From positions 65,192-129,191 of IMG/VR virus record IMGVR_UViG_3300038530_003247: 64,000 nucleotides of DNA, one strand, 5' to 3'. The DNA comes from a virus. Its lineage: Duplodnaviria > Caudoviricetes. Positions within the stretch are counted from its first letter, which is position 1, and each line of letters begins with the position of its first letter. The position numbers were made by a program, and so were the translations under genes. The notes beneath the pieces were generated by a model. It ran no database searches, had not been told where the DNA came from, and saw nothing but the letters and a program-made list of their open reading frames with translations. Shown here one piece after another: positions 7,650 to 17,984 of the stretch.

Positions 7650-7949
7650 ATGGCCCTCAAATGGGAAACAGAAGAACTGGAGATCCTCAAAAAGAGGGAG
7701 GTTATTATCTTTTCTGAAAACATCAAGAGAGAAGATCTGAATGATTCAGAACTACCAACAGATATTCATCTTGTCGAATATCGAATTGGTACAACACTTT
7801 TCTGTGATGCTGTTAGGTGTTACAAGAAAGTTCCAATCTTTGATGTTTACTTTGATAAGTTGAAACTCCTTGGTGGGGAGATCATCTCCATCACAAATGG
7901 TTATGGTAAAATCAAACCAAATCTATATCAAAAAGAAAAAGCAAAATAA
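7650..7949 (+). CDS. Hypothetical protein
   Basis: AGGAG SD; LPTDIHLVEY...GYGKIKP. Confidence 0.7.
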   Translation: MALKWETEELEILKKREVIIFSENIKREDLNDSELPTDIHLVEYRIGTTLFCDAVRCYKKVPIFDVYFDKLKLLGGEIISITNGYGKIKPNLYQKEKAK

Positions 7950-7965
7950 ATTCATAAAGTAATAT

Positions 7966-7992
7966 GGGGAAGTTCGTCTTCCCCTTTCTTTT
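7966..7992 (+). terminator. Intrinsic terminator
   Basis: GGGGAAG-TTCGT-CTTCCCC-TTTCTTTT. Confidence 0.8.
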
Positions 7993-8038
7993 GCTTCTAA
8001 ATATTAGAAAGTATCCATATCATCTAAGGTGTGTCATT

Positions 8039-8209
8039 ATGGACCAACACGATGAATACAGACAACTAGAGTGGGAGATCTACAAAGCAAACCAAGAAGT
8101 TCTAACCTCAGTAGTTGAGAACTTTGGAAAGCTGTCTGTTTCTGGAATAGACATAAATATGGATAGTCTAATTACAGGAATTTCACATGGAAAAGAAAAG
8201 GACGACTAG
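8039..8209 (+). CDS. Hypothetical protein
   Basis: ATG 8039 after late promoter CTAAATA 7997-8003. Confidence 0.45.
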   Translation: MDQHDEYRQLEWEIYKANQEVLTSVVENFGKLSVSGIDINMDSLITGISHGKEKDD

Positions 8210-8333
8210 ACCCAGATCTGAAAGTGGTGCATCTATGTCGAAGTATGACGTTGAAGTAGAAGCAAGACTCCAAGCTCTTGAGGCAAAACTCGATGACCTC
8301 ATCAAGAAGCTTTCCAAAAAGATGTCTTTCTGA
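8187..8333 (+). CDS. Small conserved cyanophage protein (below cutoff)
   Basis: SGASMSKYDVEVEARLQALE. Confidence 0.65.
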   Translation: MEKKRTTRPRSESGASMSKYDVEVEARLQALEAKLDDLIKKLSKKMSF

Positions 8334-8362
8334 TAAAATACAATTACAGTAAATCTTAAATC

Positions 8363-9418
8363 ATGGTTGACTATAAGAAGACTGCACTTGTTCTTGGTGC
8401 GGGTGGATTCATTGGATCTCACATGGTGAAAAAGCTTCGGAGTGAAGGTTACTGGGTAAGAGGCGTAGACCTCAAGCGACCTGAATTCTCTGAGACACAA
8501 GCCAACGAATTCATTCAGGGGGACCTGACTGATGTTGGTTTCGTTCGCCGTGTGTTAGAATTTCGTGGTTATAGTGGTAACTATTATGCGTCTGTTCCTT
8601 ACAGACTCGTTCGTCCCTTTGATGAGATCTATCAATTCGCTGCTGACATGGGTGGTGCAGGTTTCGTCTTCACTGGTGAGAACGATGCTGAAATCATGCA
8701 CAACTCTGTTACCATTAACTTGAATGTTCTTGAGGAACAACGCAAGTTGAATGACCAGAAGGGATCTAATTATACCAAGATCTTCTACTCTGGATCAGCT
8801 TGTATGTACCCAGAACACAATCAACTTGATCCTGACAATCCTGACTGTCGTGAAGAATCAGCATACCCAGCAGACCCAGACTCAGAGTACGGATGGGAGA
8901 AACTCTTCTCCGAGCGTTTGTACTTTGCTTATAATCGCAATCATGGCATCCCTGTTCGGGTTGCTCGATATCATAACATCTTTGGGCCAGAAGGAACCTG
9001 GGAAGGAGGAAGGGAGAAAGCCCCAGCAGCCATGTGCAGGAAGGTAGCATATCTTCCTTATGATGGTGGAGCCATTGAGGTGTGGGGTGATGGTGAACAG
9101 ACCCGTTCATTTCTTTATATCGATGAGTGCATCGAAGCAACTCGTCGGTTGATGGACTCTGACTTCATGGGACCTGTCAACATTGGTTCTGAGGAGATGG
9201 TCACCATCAATAAGTTGGTTGACACGGCAGCAAAGGTTGCCAATAAAGATGTTAAGAAGATTCACGTCGACGGACCTCTCGGTGTTCGTGGTCGTAACTC
9301 TAACAACGATCTCATTCGTGAGAAGTTGGGTTGGGATTACTCACAGACATTGGAAGAAGGGATCCGTAAAACATACGAATGGATTAAAGAACAAGTATCA
9401 TTGAATAACAATAAATGA
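8363..9418 (+). CDS. NAD-dependent epimerase, GDP-mannose 3,5-epimerase-like
   Basis: GAGGFIG, FAADMGGAGF, SACMYP, YGWEK, GREKAPAAMCRK, GVRGRNSNN. Confidence 0.88.
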   Translation: MVDYKKTALVLGAGGFIGSHMVKKLRSEGYWVRGVDLKRPEFSETQANEFIQGDLTDVGFVRRVLEFRGYSGNYYASVPYRLVRPFDEIYQFAADMGGAGFVFTGENDAEIMHNSVTINLNVLEEQRKLNDQKGSNYTKIFYSGSACMYPEHNQLDPDNPDCREESAYPADPDSEYGWEKLFSERLYFAYNRNHGIPVRVARYHNIFGPEGTWEGGREKAPAAMCRKVAYLPYDGGAIEVWGDGEQTRSFLYIDECIEATRRLMDSDFMGPVNIGSEEMVTINKLVDTAAKVANKDVKKIHVDGPLGVRGRNSNNDLIREKLGWDYSQTLEEGIRKTYEWIKEQVSLNNNK

Positions 9419-9554
9419 CAGTTCTTATTTTCTTGACGAGTGTGAGTGTTACTTTTTCTGGCCATGTGCCCGAGGAATGTAATCAGAATCACAGACAATA
9501 TGATACTCAAAAAGAGAATCATATTCAAAGAACTTGTATCATTGAAAACAATAA

Positions 9555-10409
9555 ATGAGAGTTTTAATTCTTGGGTCAAGTGGGCAGATCGGTGCTTACT
9601 TGACCACTTACCTGAGAGATCGGGGACATGAGGCGATTGAGTTTGACGTTGCTAGACATCATGGTCAAGATCTGACACAGATCCCAAACCATAATCTTGA
9701 ACGTGAGGTGGAGAAGGCAGACTTTGTGTTCTTCCTTGCGTTTGATGTTGGTGGGTCACGTTATCTAAAGAAGTATCAACACACCTTCCAGTTTATCAAT
9801 AATAACGCCAGGTTGATGGCGAACACATTTGGTTGCCTTGAGAAATGGAATAAACCATTCGTCTTTGCATCATCTCAGATGAGTAACATGAGTTACTCTC
9901 CTTATGGTGTTCTGAAGAATGTGGGAGAACTTTATACCAAATCTCTTGGTGGTCTGATCTGTCACTTCTGGAATGTTTATGGTATTGAGAAGGATCACGA
10001 TAAGGCACACGTCATCACGGACTTTATCCGTAAGGGATTTGAGACTGGTGTGATTGACATGATGACTGATGGCACAGAGGAGAGGGAGTTCCTTTACGCA
10101 GAAGATTGTTGTAAGGCATTGGAGATGTTGATGAACAATCATGAGAAGTTCACTCCAGAGGACCATCTTCACATCACCAGTTTCCATTCAACAACAATCA
10201 AAGAGGTTGCATCGATCATTCAAGGTCAGTTCAACATCATTGGTAAGAGTGTTGAAGTCCAACCAGCGGAAGCGAAAGATCAAGTTCAACTTGATAAGAG
10301 AAACTCAGCAAACACTTTTATCACAAAGTGGTGGTTACCAGAGACAACGATTGAACAAGGTATTTCTAAAGTATTTGAGGAAATGAAGAATGACTATTTC
10401 GTTCAATGA
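9555..10409 (+). CDS. NAD-dependent nucleotide-sugar epimerase/dehydratase
   Basis: GSSGQIG, YGVLK (YxxxK), NVYG, REFLYAED. Confidence 0.85.
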   Translation: MRVLILGSSGQIGAYLTTYLRDRGHEAIEFDVARHHGQDLTQIPNHNLEREVEKADFVFFLAFDVGGSRYLKKYQHTFQFINNNARLMANTFGCLEKWNKPFVFASSQMSNMSYSPYGVLKNVGELYTKSLGGLICHFWNVYGIEKDHDKAHVITDFIRKGFETGVIDMMTDGTEEREFLYAEDCCKALEMLMNNHEKFTPEDHLHITSFHSTTIKEVASIIQGQFNIIGKSVEVQPAEAKDQVQLDKRNSANTFITKWWLPETTIEQGISKVFEEMKNDYFVQ

Positions 10410-11283
10410 TCTTGGTAGAGCAGGTCGTCTGGGTAACCAGATGTTTCAGTATGCTGCTCTGAGAGGAATTGCAGCACATAAAGGTTACAACTGGATGATC
10501 CCTCCTGAGGATGTTCCTCGTCCAGATAACTATGGTCTTCATGAGGCATTCGAACTTACTAATTGTAAGCCCGAGAATGTTGGTGAGCAAAGAACAAAGC
10601 AACTCTCTTGGAGAGAGTTTCATTACAATCAGGACCTGATGGATAACATTCCTGATGGAATTGATGTGGATGGATACTTCCAGACAGAGAGATGGTTCAA
10701 ACACATCGAGGACGAGATTAGAGAAGACTTTACTTTCAAGAACGAGTGGCTGGATCCTTGTCTTGAGTACATTGAGAGTATTGGAAATAAGAAACTGGTT
10801 TCTCTTCACATCAGAAGAGGTAATCCCAACCTCCAGGGTGAGAGAGGAGAGAAGTGGTCTTATCAACTACTTCAACACACTCATCCTTTGATGAAACAAG
10901 AATATTATGAGAGAGCACTTTCACACTTCGATGATGATTATCAGGTGTTAGTGTTCTCAGATGTGATTGATTGGTGTAAGAGACAACCATGGTTGCAAGG
11001 TGACAGGTTCCTTTTCTCTGACAACTCAAAGATGTTGTTTGAGGATGGTGCATCTGTTCCATATGTGGACCTGTGTTTGATGAGCCTCTGCTCTGATGCC
11101 ATCATCGCCAACAGCAGTATGAGTTGGTGGGGTGCTTGGTTGATTAACAATCCTGACAAGAAAGTGGTTGCACCTAACCCTTGGTTTGGACCTGCAGTAT
11201 CTCATTACATCATGGACGATCTGATCCCTGAAGGTTGGATCGAGGAGTATAACGACCCTGCAGAAGTTCCCCCAGAAGTATGA
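10390..11283 (+). CDS. Glycosyltransferase family 11 (alpha-1,2-fucosyltransferase-like)
   Basis: GRLGNQMFQYA, GYFQ, HIRRG, IANSSMSWWGAWL. Confidence 0.9.
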   Translation: MTISFNDLGRAGRLGNQMFQYAALRGIAAHKGYNWMIPPEDVPRPDNYGLHEAFELTNCKPENVGEQRTKQLSWREFHYNQDLMDNIPDGIDVDGYFQTERWFKHIEDEIREDFTFKNEWLDPCLEYIESIGNKKLVSLHIRRGNPNLQGERGEKWSYQLLQHTHPLMKQEYYERALSHFDDDYQVLVFSDVIDWCKRQPWLQGDRFLFSDNSKMLFEDGASVPYVDLCLMSLCSDAIIANSSMSWWGAWLINNPDKKVVAPNPWFGPAVSHYIMDDLIPEGWIEEYNDPAEVPPEV

Positions 11284-12086
11284 TTGGTTTTAATTATCTT
11301 GGAAAACTAGGACAACTTGGCAATCAGATGTTCCAGTATGCGACTGTGATGGGAGTGGCAAAGAACATTGGCACTTCCTATTGCATTCCAAATCATGATG
11401 AAGTTTTTGATGATGGAATTGGAAACAAACTTAGGATTGAATTGTTCAATGCCTTTGACATTAATCCAGAGAGAACTGGTTTTGTTCCTGGACCAAACAT
11501 TCAAGAGAAGGACTTTACCTTTGACCCTTCTCTGTTTGAGATCCCATCTAGTCATGATGTATCTCTTGTTGGTTTCTTCCAGACACAGAGATACTTTGAA
11601 CACATTGCCGATGAGGTGAGAAAGGAATTCAAGTTCAGACAACACATCGTTAATGATTGTAAGGAGATTGTTGAGGAGGTCTTTGAGGACCCCATTGCAC
11701 TTCACATTAGAAGAGGTGATTATCTAATCAACTCTGACAATCATCACAACTTATCTTTAGAATATTACAAACAAGCACTCAAACAATTCTCTAGAAGGAG
11801 ACAGGTGATTATCTTTACAGATGACCCTGAGTGGGCATCTAAACAAAAGATATTTAAATCAGATAGGTTTGTAGTTTCAGAAGGGACTGGTTCTTACCAT
11901 GACCTTTATCTGATGACACAGTGTAGTGATTTCATTATCGCTAACTCAACTTATTCTTGGTGGGGTGCGTGGTTAGCAAACCACGGAAGAGTGATTGCAC
12001 CAGCAAGATGGTTTGGTCCCAACAATCAACATAAATCACTCAAAGATCTTTATCCATCTCATTGGGAAATCTTAGATTATGATTGA
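11280..12086 (+). CDS. Glycosyltransferase family 11, second copy
   Basis: GQLGNQMFQYA, HIRRGDY, IANSTYSWWGAWL. Confidence 0.9.
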   Translation: MIGFNYLGKLGQLGNQMFQYATVMGVAKNIGTSYCIPNHDEVFDDGIGNKLRIELFNAFDINPERTGFVPGPNIQEKDFTFDPSLFEIPSSHDVSLVGFFQTQRYFEHIADEVRKEFKFRQHIVNDCKEIVEEVFEDPIALHIRRGDYLINSDNHHNLSLEYYKQALKQFSRRRQVIIFTDDPEWASKQKIFKSDRFVVSEGTGSYHDLYLMTQCSDFIIANSTYSWWGAWLANHGRVIAPARWFGPNNQHKSLKDLYPSHWEILDYD

Positions 12087-12957
12087 TCTCAAACAGACAA
12101 CGTTTATCATTCCTCTGAGGATTGACACTGGAGACAGACTTCGTAACGTCATCCTCTCAACTTGCTTTCTTCTTCATCACTTCGACACCACTGTGTTGAT
12201 CAAGGAAGTTGATAGTGAGAGGAGGTTTGAAACCTTTGCTCTTCCCATCATCAAGAGACTTGTTGATACAAAGAACCTGGTTCACGTCTTCGAAGAAGAT
12301 ACAAGAACCGATGATGCCTTCCACAGGACCAAGGTTCTGAATGACATGGTGATGATGTCAAAGACTGACATCGTTGTGAACTATGACACGGACATCATCC
12401 TCCCTGTTTCGAGTTACACAACTGCAGTAGAGATGTTGTCTGGTGAATGTGATGTTGTTTATCCATATAAGTTTGGTGAAAAGGGAGAAAGGAAAGTCAA
12501 TCTTCCTCTCACCATTGACACTCAGGAGGACATGGATGAGTTTGAGAACAACGATTGGGTTAAGGAGTTTATCGGGACTGGTTACTCACCAGATCTCCTT
12601 AATAAGAACGCCTTCTATGCTCGGAATGTAAATGGTATTGGGTGGGCAGAATATGGAATGGTTCAGTTTTTCAACAGACAAGTTTACATTGATGGTTACC
12701 TAGAGAACGAGGGGTTTATCGCGTATGCTCCGGAGGATGTAGAGAGACATCACAGATGGAAGACGTTGGGTTATAATATTGGAAGAGTGGATAGACATGC
12801 TTATCACCTTGAGCATGATAGAACTCAGAACTCATGGTACACTAACCCACATATGGTTAGGAACAATCAACTCTGGGAAGAACTGAAAGTCCTTTCAAAG
12901 GAACAATTGATTGAGTATTACACACAACAAGATTACGTCAAGGAGAGGTTGGGATGA
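12079..12957 (+). CDS. GT-A fold glycosyltransferase (GT2/GT7-like)
   Basis: TFIIP, YDTD (DxD), ENEGFIAYAPED, YHLEH. Confidence 0.75.
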   Translation: MIDLKQTTFIIPLRIDTGDRLRNVILSTCFLLHHFDTTVLIKEVDSERRFETFALPIIKRLVDTKNLVHVFEEDTRTDDAFHRTKVLNDMVMMSKTDIVVNYDTDIILPVSSYTTAVEMLSGECDVVYPYKFGEKGERKVNLPLTIDTQEDMDEFENNDWVKEFIGTGYSPDLLNKNAFYARNVNGIGWAEYGMVQFFNRQVYIDGYLENEGFIAYAPEDVERHHRWKTLGYNIGRVDRHAYHLEHDRTQNSWYTNPHMVRNNQLWEELKVLSKEQLIEYYTQQDYVKERLG

Positions 12958-13727
12958 AGTTTTGGAACTTAGTTACATTTGCTGATAAGGACAACTCTGT
13001 AAAGCAGAAGTACTTGAATGATTATGCAGAGTCCTTGGGTTTGATAACTCATCCTTTCACTCAAACATGGCTGAAGAAGCAATCTTTTTACAAGGACAAC
13101 AAAGAGATTCTGAGTAGTAAGACAGGTGCAGGTTATTGGTTGTGGAAACCTTTCATCATTGCCAACCTGATGGATAAACTCAACGATGGTGAGTTGATTG
13201 TTTATTCTGATGTTGGTGACATGTTCCATCCAGAACTCTTCCCTTACGTTGAGGATCTGATGGATCCTGATGATCCTTGTCTTCTTTTGATTGGTGGTTT
13301 CCCTCAGAAACTTCTGACTAAGAGAGACTGCTTTGTTTACATGGATTGTGACGAAGAGGATTACTGGGAGTGTACTCAACTTGAAGGTGGAATGCAGTTC
13401 TGGAGAAACACACCAGAGGCAAGAAAGGTTGTGGGTGAGTGGCTGGAAGCATGTACTGATCGAAGGATTCTTACAGATGATGAGAATGTTTCTGGTAAGG
13501 AGAACTTTGATGGGTTCCGTGGACACTTCCATGACCAGGCAGTTCTGACTAATCTGGCGTGTAAGTATGGTCTCTCTGCCGTCCCTCAACAGGATCAGAT
13601 TAGACATTACCTTGAGTGTAATGTTGATTATTGGTATGAGAGAAATGAGAAGAGTGGGTTTAACATGGGAAGACCGATTGAGTCACTCTTGTTACAACTG
13701 AAGGAGGATTCTCCACATGCTGCATAG
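12954..13727 (+). CDS. Putative GT-A glycosyltransferase
   Basis: GYWLWKP, YSDVG, HDQAVLT; cluster context. Confidence 0.65.
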   Translation: MKFWNLVTFADKDNSVKQKYLNDYAESLGLITHPFTQTWLKKQSFYKDNKEILSSKTGAGYWLWKPFIIANLMDKLNDGELIVYSDVGDMFHPELFPYVEDLMDPDDPCLLLIGGFPQKLLTKRDCFVYMDCDEEDYWECTQLEGGMQFWRNTPEARKVVGEWLEACTDRRILTDDENVSGKENFDGFRGHFHDQAVLTNLACKYGLSAVPQQDQIRHYLECNVDYWYERNEKSGFNMGRPIESLLLQLKEDSPHAA

Positions 13728-14520
13728 TATCATTCTCACAGTTCACAATAAAGATTATCTCATTGAGAATGTCATTCGAGGAATCTACGAAAACACAGTG
13801 GGTGATTATGAACTCATTGTTGTTCTGGATGGTTGTACTGACAACTCAGCATCAGTTGTTGAGAGTGTTGTGAATGATAAGACAACTGTCATTGAAACAC
13901 CTGATGTTTTTGAGACCAAGGCAAACAATGCTGGATTGAAATTTGCAGAAGGTGATTATGCCATCATAGTTCAGGATGACATCATCGTTCGTGAACCTGG
14001 TTGGAACTTGAGAATGATGGAACCCTTTGAGGTGTTTGATGATGTGTTTGCCGTCACTGCCAACACAGCACACAACTGGGTTCCCAATCCTCACTCGATT
14101 CATCTGGGAATGAAGGAAGACCTTGACTCTTGTTGGTGTGACATCCTTCACCACACAGACCATGCACAGAGAAGGAATACTCCAAGAAATGAATTTGCTG
14201 TCAGAGCAACTGCCAATCGTGGTCCTCTGATAATTGACATGTCTGACCTGAGGAAGTTGAATTATTTTGATGAGGAGTTCGCACCTCAGGACATGGACGA
14301 TCATGACCTGATGTTTAGGATGCACAAGGAGTTAAATAAGGTGTGTGGTTGTTATTGGATTGACTTCGAATCAAGAGATGAGTGGGGTGGAACTAGAGTG
14401 TCTGGATCTGTTGCTCCTTGGTTACTGAAGGCAAACCAAAAGAACATGAAACTATTCTATCAAAGACATAAAGATCTTATTGATATGGATTACAACAATG
14501 AGAACCGTGTGATTAAATGA
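13717..14520 (+). CDS. Glycosyltransferase family 2
   Basis: SIILTVHN, VVLDGCTD, ANNAGL, QDD, FDEEF. Confidence 0.85.
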   Translation: MLHSIILTVHNKDYLIENVIRGIYENTVGDYELIVVLDGCTDNSASVVESVVNDKTTVIETPDVFETKANNAGLKFAEGDYAIIVQDDIIVREPGWNLRMMEPFEVFDDVFAVTANTAHNWVPNPHSIHLGMKEDLDSCWCDILHHTDHAQRRNTPRNEFAVRATANRGPLIIDMSDLRKLNYFDEEFAPQDMDDHDLMFRMHKELNKVCGCYWIDFESRDEWGGTRVSGSVAPWLLKANQKNMKLFYQRHKDLIDMDYNNENRVIK

Positions 14521-15158
14521 CTTATTCTAAGAGATTCAGTAGCAAATTCTTTTCTAAACTTCTTCAACCAGCAGGAAACAATCCTCAGAGAGACAGAGCA
14601 TCTTCTTTGGAAATTGTGTTTGAGGAACTCGATAAGAAGAAGATCAAAGACTTTTTTATCGTCGAGACAGGTTGTATGAGACCTGACCATGGACACCTAA
14701 CCTTTGGTGATGATGGTGCCAGCACTTATATCTGGGACGACTTTGTCAATTATTATGAGGGAGATGTTGCATCTGTTGACATCAATCCGGTCAATGTTGA
14801 TTATGCCAATGCTAACACGTCGGATAAGACACAAGTTTACTGTCAGGACTCTGTTGAGTATCTATGGGATCTATCTGAAAAGAGAAAGATTGATTTCCTT
14901 TACCTTGATTCCTACGATTTCGTTCCTACTGATCCTATTCCTTCACAGCTTCATCATGTGAAAGAACTCTGTGCGTGTATGAAGAACCTCAAGAAGGGAA
15001 CCATTATTGCTGTTGATGATCATCTAAACACCCCTGTGTTTGATCAGTATAGATCAACTCTTGCACAGGGTGGAAAGGCAAGGTTTGTTGAAGACTTCAT
15101 GAACAACATTGGAGCAGAACTTCTTCATGATGGGTATCAGATCGTATGGAGACTTTAA
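14517..15158 (+). CDS. SAM-dependent methyltransferase-like protein
   Basis: IVETG, SVDI, DSVEYL, IDFLYLDS, IAVDD. Confidence 0.7.
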   Translation: MTYSKRFSSKFFSKLLQPAGNNPQRDRASSLEIVFEELDKKKIKDFFIVETGCMRPDHGHLTFGDDGASTYIWDDFVNYYEGDVASVDINPVNVDYANANTSDKTQVYCQDSVEYLWDLSEKRKIDFLYLDSYDFVPTDPIPSQLHHVKELCACMKNLKKGTIIAVDDHLNTPVFDQYRSTLAQGGKARFVEDFMNNIGAELLHDGYQIVWRL

Positions 15159-15580
15159 CTTTAAGATATGATGGTGACCCTTGTCTAAGGAGAGTGTCCC
15201 ATAAAGTGAAGTACTTTGATGAGCCTTTGAATGTCCTTTTGGGTGAGATGAGAAGGATTATCAAAACTGAGAATGGTGTTGGTCTCGCTGCACCTCAGGT
15301 TGGTGTCAACACAAGAGTTATTCTTGTGATTGATAATGACATTACTGAGATGATTAACCCTGAGATCACTTGGACATCTTCTGAGTTTGTTATGATGGAA
15401 GAAGGATGTCTGAGTGTTCCTGATCACTATATTGACATCGAAAGACCGAGAGAGATCAAGGTCAAGTTTCAAACAAGAGATGGTAAGTATAAGAAGTGGA
15501 AATTGAAAGGACTCCAAGCAAGGATTGTTCTACATGAGGTTGATCATTTAGATGGGAAGTTGATGACGGACTATGAGTGA
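15146..15580 (+). CDS. def: Peptide deformylase (short, no C-terminal helix)
   Basis: GVGLAAPQVG, EGCLS, HEVDHLDG. Confidence 0.95.
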   Translation: METLTLRYDGDPCLRRVSHKVKYFDEPLNVLLGEMRRIIKTENGVGLAAPQVGVNTRVILVIDNDITEMINPEITWTSSEFVMMEEGCLSVPDHYIDIERPREIKVKFQTRDGKYKKWKLKGLQARIVLHEVDHLDGKLMTDYE

Positions 15581-16334
15581 TGTTTTATTGAGACCATGGC
15601 ATGGAGGCCTGGGGGATCACCTTCAGTTTTCTACGTTGCCTGAAGAGTTTCACAAACAACAAGGAAGAAAGACTTATCTTCTCGATGGAGCAGAGTTCCG
15701 TAATGAGGAGATTTATAAACTCGTCTGGGAACATAATCCTTATGTCTTGGATGTGAAGGAAGGTGAGTGGAACGCTGGTGACCTCCCTCACTTTGACATG
15801 TCAGAGTGTAAGACCGGGAACTGGATTAGTAACTGGGAGAGGCTTCATGGTCTCGAACCAACAAACACAAGACCAAAGATTTATTATGAACCACAAAAGG
15901 TTGATGGTCTCAGTGATACTATCTTAGTGGATCTTTCAAGTATCTCTATCAGTCATGATGGAAAGGTTCTTGGTTATACCGTGGAGGAAATTGATAAGAC
16001 ATTTAAAAAGGTACACAAAATTTTTTCTGGCAAGAAATTCGTCTCTATAAGCTTCAAAAACTACATCGCAGATGACATCAACAGGTTCGAACCAGAAGTG
16101 GATGGGACTCTGGAGATCGAGAGTATCTTTCACTACTGTGATGTGATTCGATCTTCGTTTGGTATCTGTTGTCTTTACAGTGGACCAATGGTTCTCTCGA
16201 CGGCAATTCAAAGGTTCAACCCAGACTTGAAGATCTTCTGTATTACTTCACCGCTCACATTTAACAGTGACAGAATTCAGAAACAAGGGATGTTTTATTT
16301 CCCTGAGTATGTTGATTACATGGTAACAGAATGA
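15573..16334 (+). CDS. Putative GT-B glycosyltransferase (GT9/heptosyltransferase-like N-terminus)
   Basis: GGLGDHLQFSTL; C-terminal SGPMVLS; cluster context. Confidence 0.5.
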   Translation: MSDVLLRPWHGGLGDHLQFSTLPEEFHKQQGRKTYLLDGAEFRNEEIYKLVWEHNPYVLDVKEGEWNAGDLPHFDMSECKTGNWISNWERLHGLEPTNTRPKIYYEPQKVDGLSDTILVDLSSISISHDGKVLGYTVEEIDKTFKKVHKIFSGKKFVSISFKNYIADDINRFEPEVDGTLEIESIFHYCDVIRSSFGICCLYSGPMVLSTAIQRFNPDLKIFCITSPLTFNSDRIQKQGMFYFPEYVDYMVTE

Positions 16335-16990
16335 ACAACAGAGTTTTTATTACAGGGTGTGGGAGTGGACTCGGTAAGTCTCTTTATTTGAAAGCAAGTG
16401 GGACTTCCGCGGTCTTCCCCCATTATCGTAAAGGAGACCCAACAATTGCAAGATTGATTGGAGACCTGAGAGACACTGACTTTCCTGATAAGGTAGATGA
16501 GTTTATTCGTCGGTCTGACATCAATGTGTTTATCAATAACGCTGGTGTGCATCTGAATAAGTCTCCAAGAAAAACAACAGATGAAGAAGTGGATGAGGTG
16601 ATTGAGAGTAATCTGACTTCACAAATCAAAGTTATCAACAGAGTTTACAATTACTTTGTTGAGAAGAACAATGGAATGATTATCAACATCAACTCTCTGT
16701 GTGTCAGACATCCATCACCGACAGAGAGTGTTTATTGTGCTTCTAAGTTTGGTCTGTTAGGTTTCTCAAAGGCACTTCAGATTGACGCTCTGGGACGAAA
16801 CGTGGAGATTGTTGATATCTTCCCTGGAGCAGTTCAAACAAGAATGACAAGAAACAGAGACAATTATGAAACTCTGATGTCCGCTGATGAGGTGGCAGAG
16901 GAGGTTGTTTCCCTTCTTGATAAAAGAGGGAAAACGTTCTATAATAGTGAAGTGGTACTTAGAAAGAGAAATGAAAGCAGCGGTTCTTGA
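16331..16990 (+). CDS. Short-chain dehydrogenase/reductase
   Basis: TGCGSGLG, NNAG, YCASK, PGAVQT. Confidence 0.9.
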   Translation: MNNRVFITGCGSGLGKSLYLKASGTSAVFPHYRKGDPTIARLIGDLRDTDFPDKVDEFIRRSDINVFINNAGVHLNKSPRKTTDEEVDEVIESNLTSQIKVINRVYNYFVEKNNGMIININSLCVRHPSPTESVYCASKFGLLGFSKALQIDALGRNVEIVDIFPGAVQTRMTRNRDNYETLMSADEVAEEVVSLLDKRGKTFYNSEVVLRKRNESSGS

Positions 16991-17984
16991 GAAGCTGAAC
17001 TCACCACTGACAGTCCGGGAGGTTGAACTGACTCCCCTGTCGATCGGTCAAGTTCTTGTACGGGTACTGACAAGTGGAATCTGTGGAGCACAACTCCATG
17101 AGATCAAAGGTTATAAGGGAAACAAGAAGTTTCTTCCACATCTGATGGGTCATGAGGGGTGTGGAATTGTTGAGTCTGTTGGTCTGGGTGTCAATACTGT
17201 GGAGGTTGGTGATAAGGTTGTGATGCATTGGAGACCAGGTGATGGAATTGAATCACCGTTTCCTTCTTACATGCTTGATGGGAAGAGAATCTCAAGTGGA
17301 AAGGTGACGACACTCAGTGAGTATTCGATTGTCTCTGAGAACCGACTGACCAAGATTGATCCCAAGACACCAACGGTCTTGGCTGCGATGTTGGGTTGTT
17401 CGATGACCACAGCTCTAGGTCTAATTGATAATGAGATCAACCTGAAGTTTGGTGAAAGTGTTGCTGTCATTGGTTGTGGTGGGGTGGGACTCAATCTCAT
17501 TCAGGGATTGAAGATGAAAGGAGCACATGAGATCTTTGGTGTTGATGTCAATGAGTCACTGGGTGACATGGTTCTGGATCTTGGAGCTGATTACTTCCTC
17601 TACAATGTTGAGGCTCTTCGTAATGTGGATGTTGTGATTGACACCACTGGTAACCCATCTGTAATTGGTAAGTCATATGAGAGGCTAAATCCTAGTGGTC
17701 GTTTGATTCTTGTGGGTCAACCAGCACCAAAGATGGCGATTGCAATTCCAAATGCAGTCTCTATGTTCGAGGGGTCTGGAAAAACTATCAAGGCAACACA
17801 GGGTGGAATGACAAATCCAACTGTGGATATTCCTCGTTACATCAACTTGGCACTTGCTGGAAAACTGGAATACGAGAGTATTCATACTCACACATATACA
17901 CTGGATGAAGTGAATGACGCATTTGACCTCCTTCGAAGTGGAAATGCTGGAAGGATTATGATCAAGATTGGAGAAGAACAATGA
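16971..17984 (+). CDS. Zn-dependent medium-chain alcohol dehydrogenase
   Basis: GIC, GHEGCG, GCGGVG. Confidence 0.9.
   Translation: MKAAVLEKLNSPLTVREVELTPLSIGQVLVRVLTSGICGAQLHEIKGYKGNKKFLPHLMGHEGCGIVESVGLGVNTVEVGDKVVMHWRPGDGIESPFPSYMLDGKRISSGKVTTLSEYSIVSENRLTKIDPKTPTVLAAMLGCSMTTALGLIDNEINLKFGESVAVIGCGGVGLNLIQGLKMKGAHEIFGVDVNESLGDMVLDLGADYFLYNVEALRNVDVVIDTTGNPSVIGKSYERLNPSGRLILVGQPAPKMAIAIPNAVSMFEGSGKTIKATQGGMTNPTVDIPRYINLALAGKLEYESIHTHTYTLDEVNDAFDLLRSGNAGRIMIKIGEEQ

Noticed and set aside
12969-13607. 212-aa minus-strand ORF (likewise 34276-34785, 40340-40954 and most other minus-strand ORFs outside 35281-38261)
   Set aside because: Antisense shadows of well-supported plus-strand genes with no recognisable motifs
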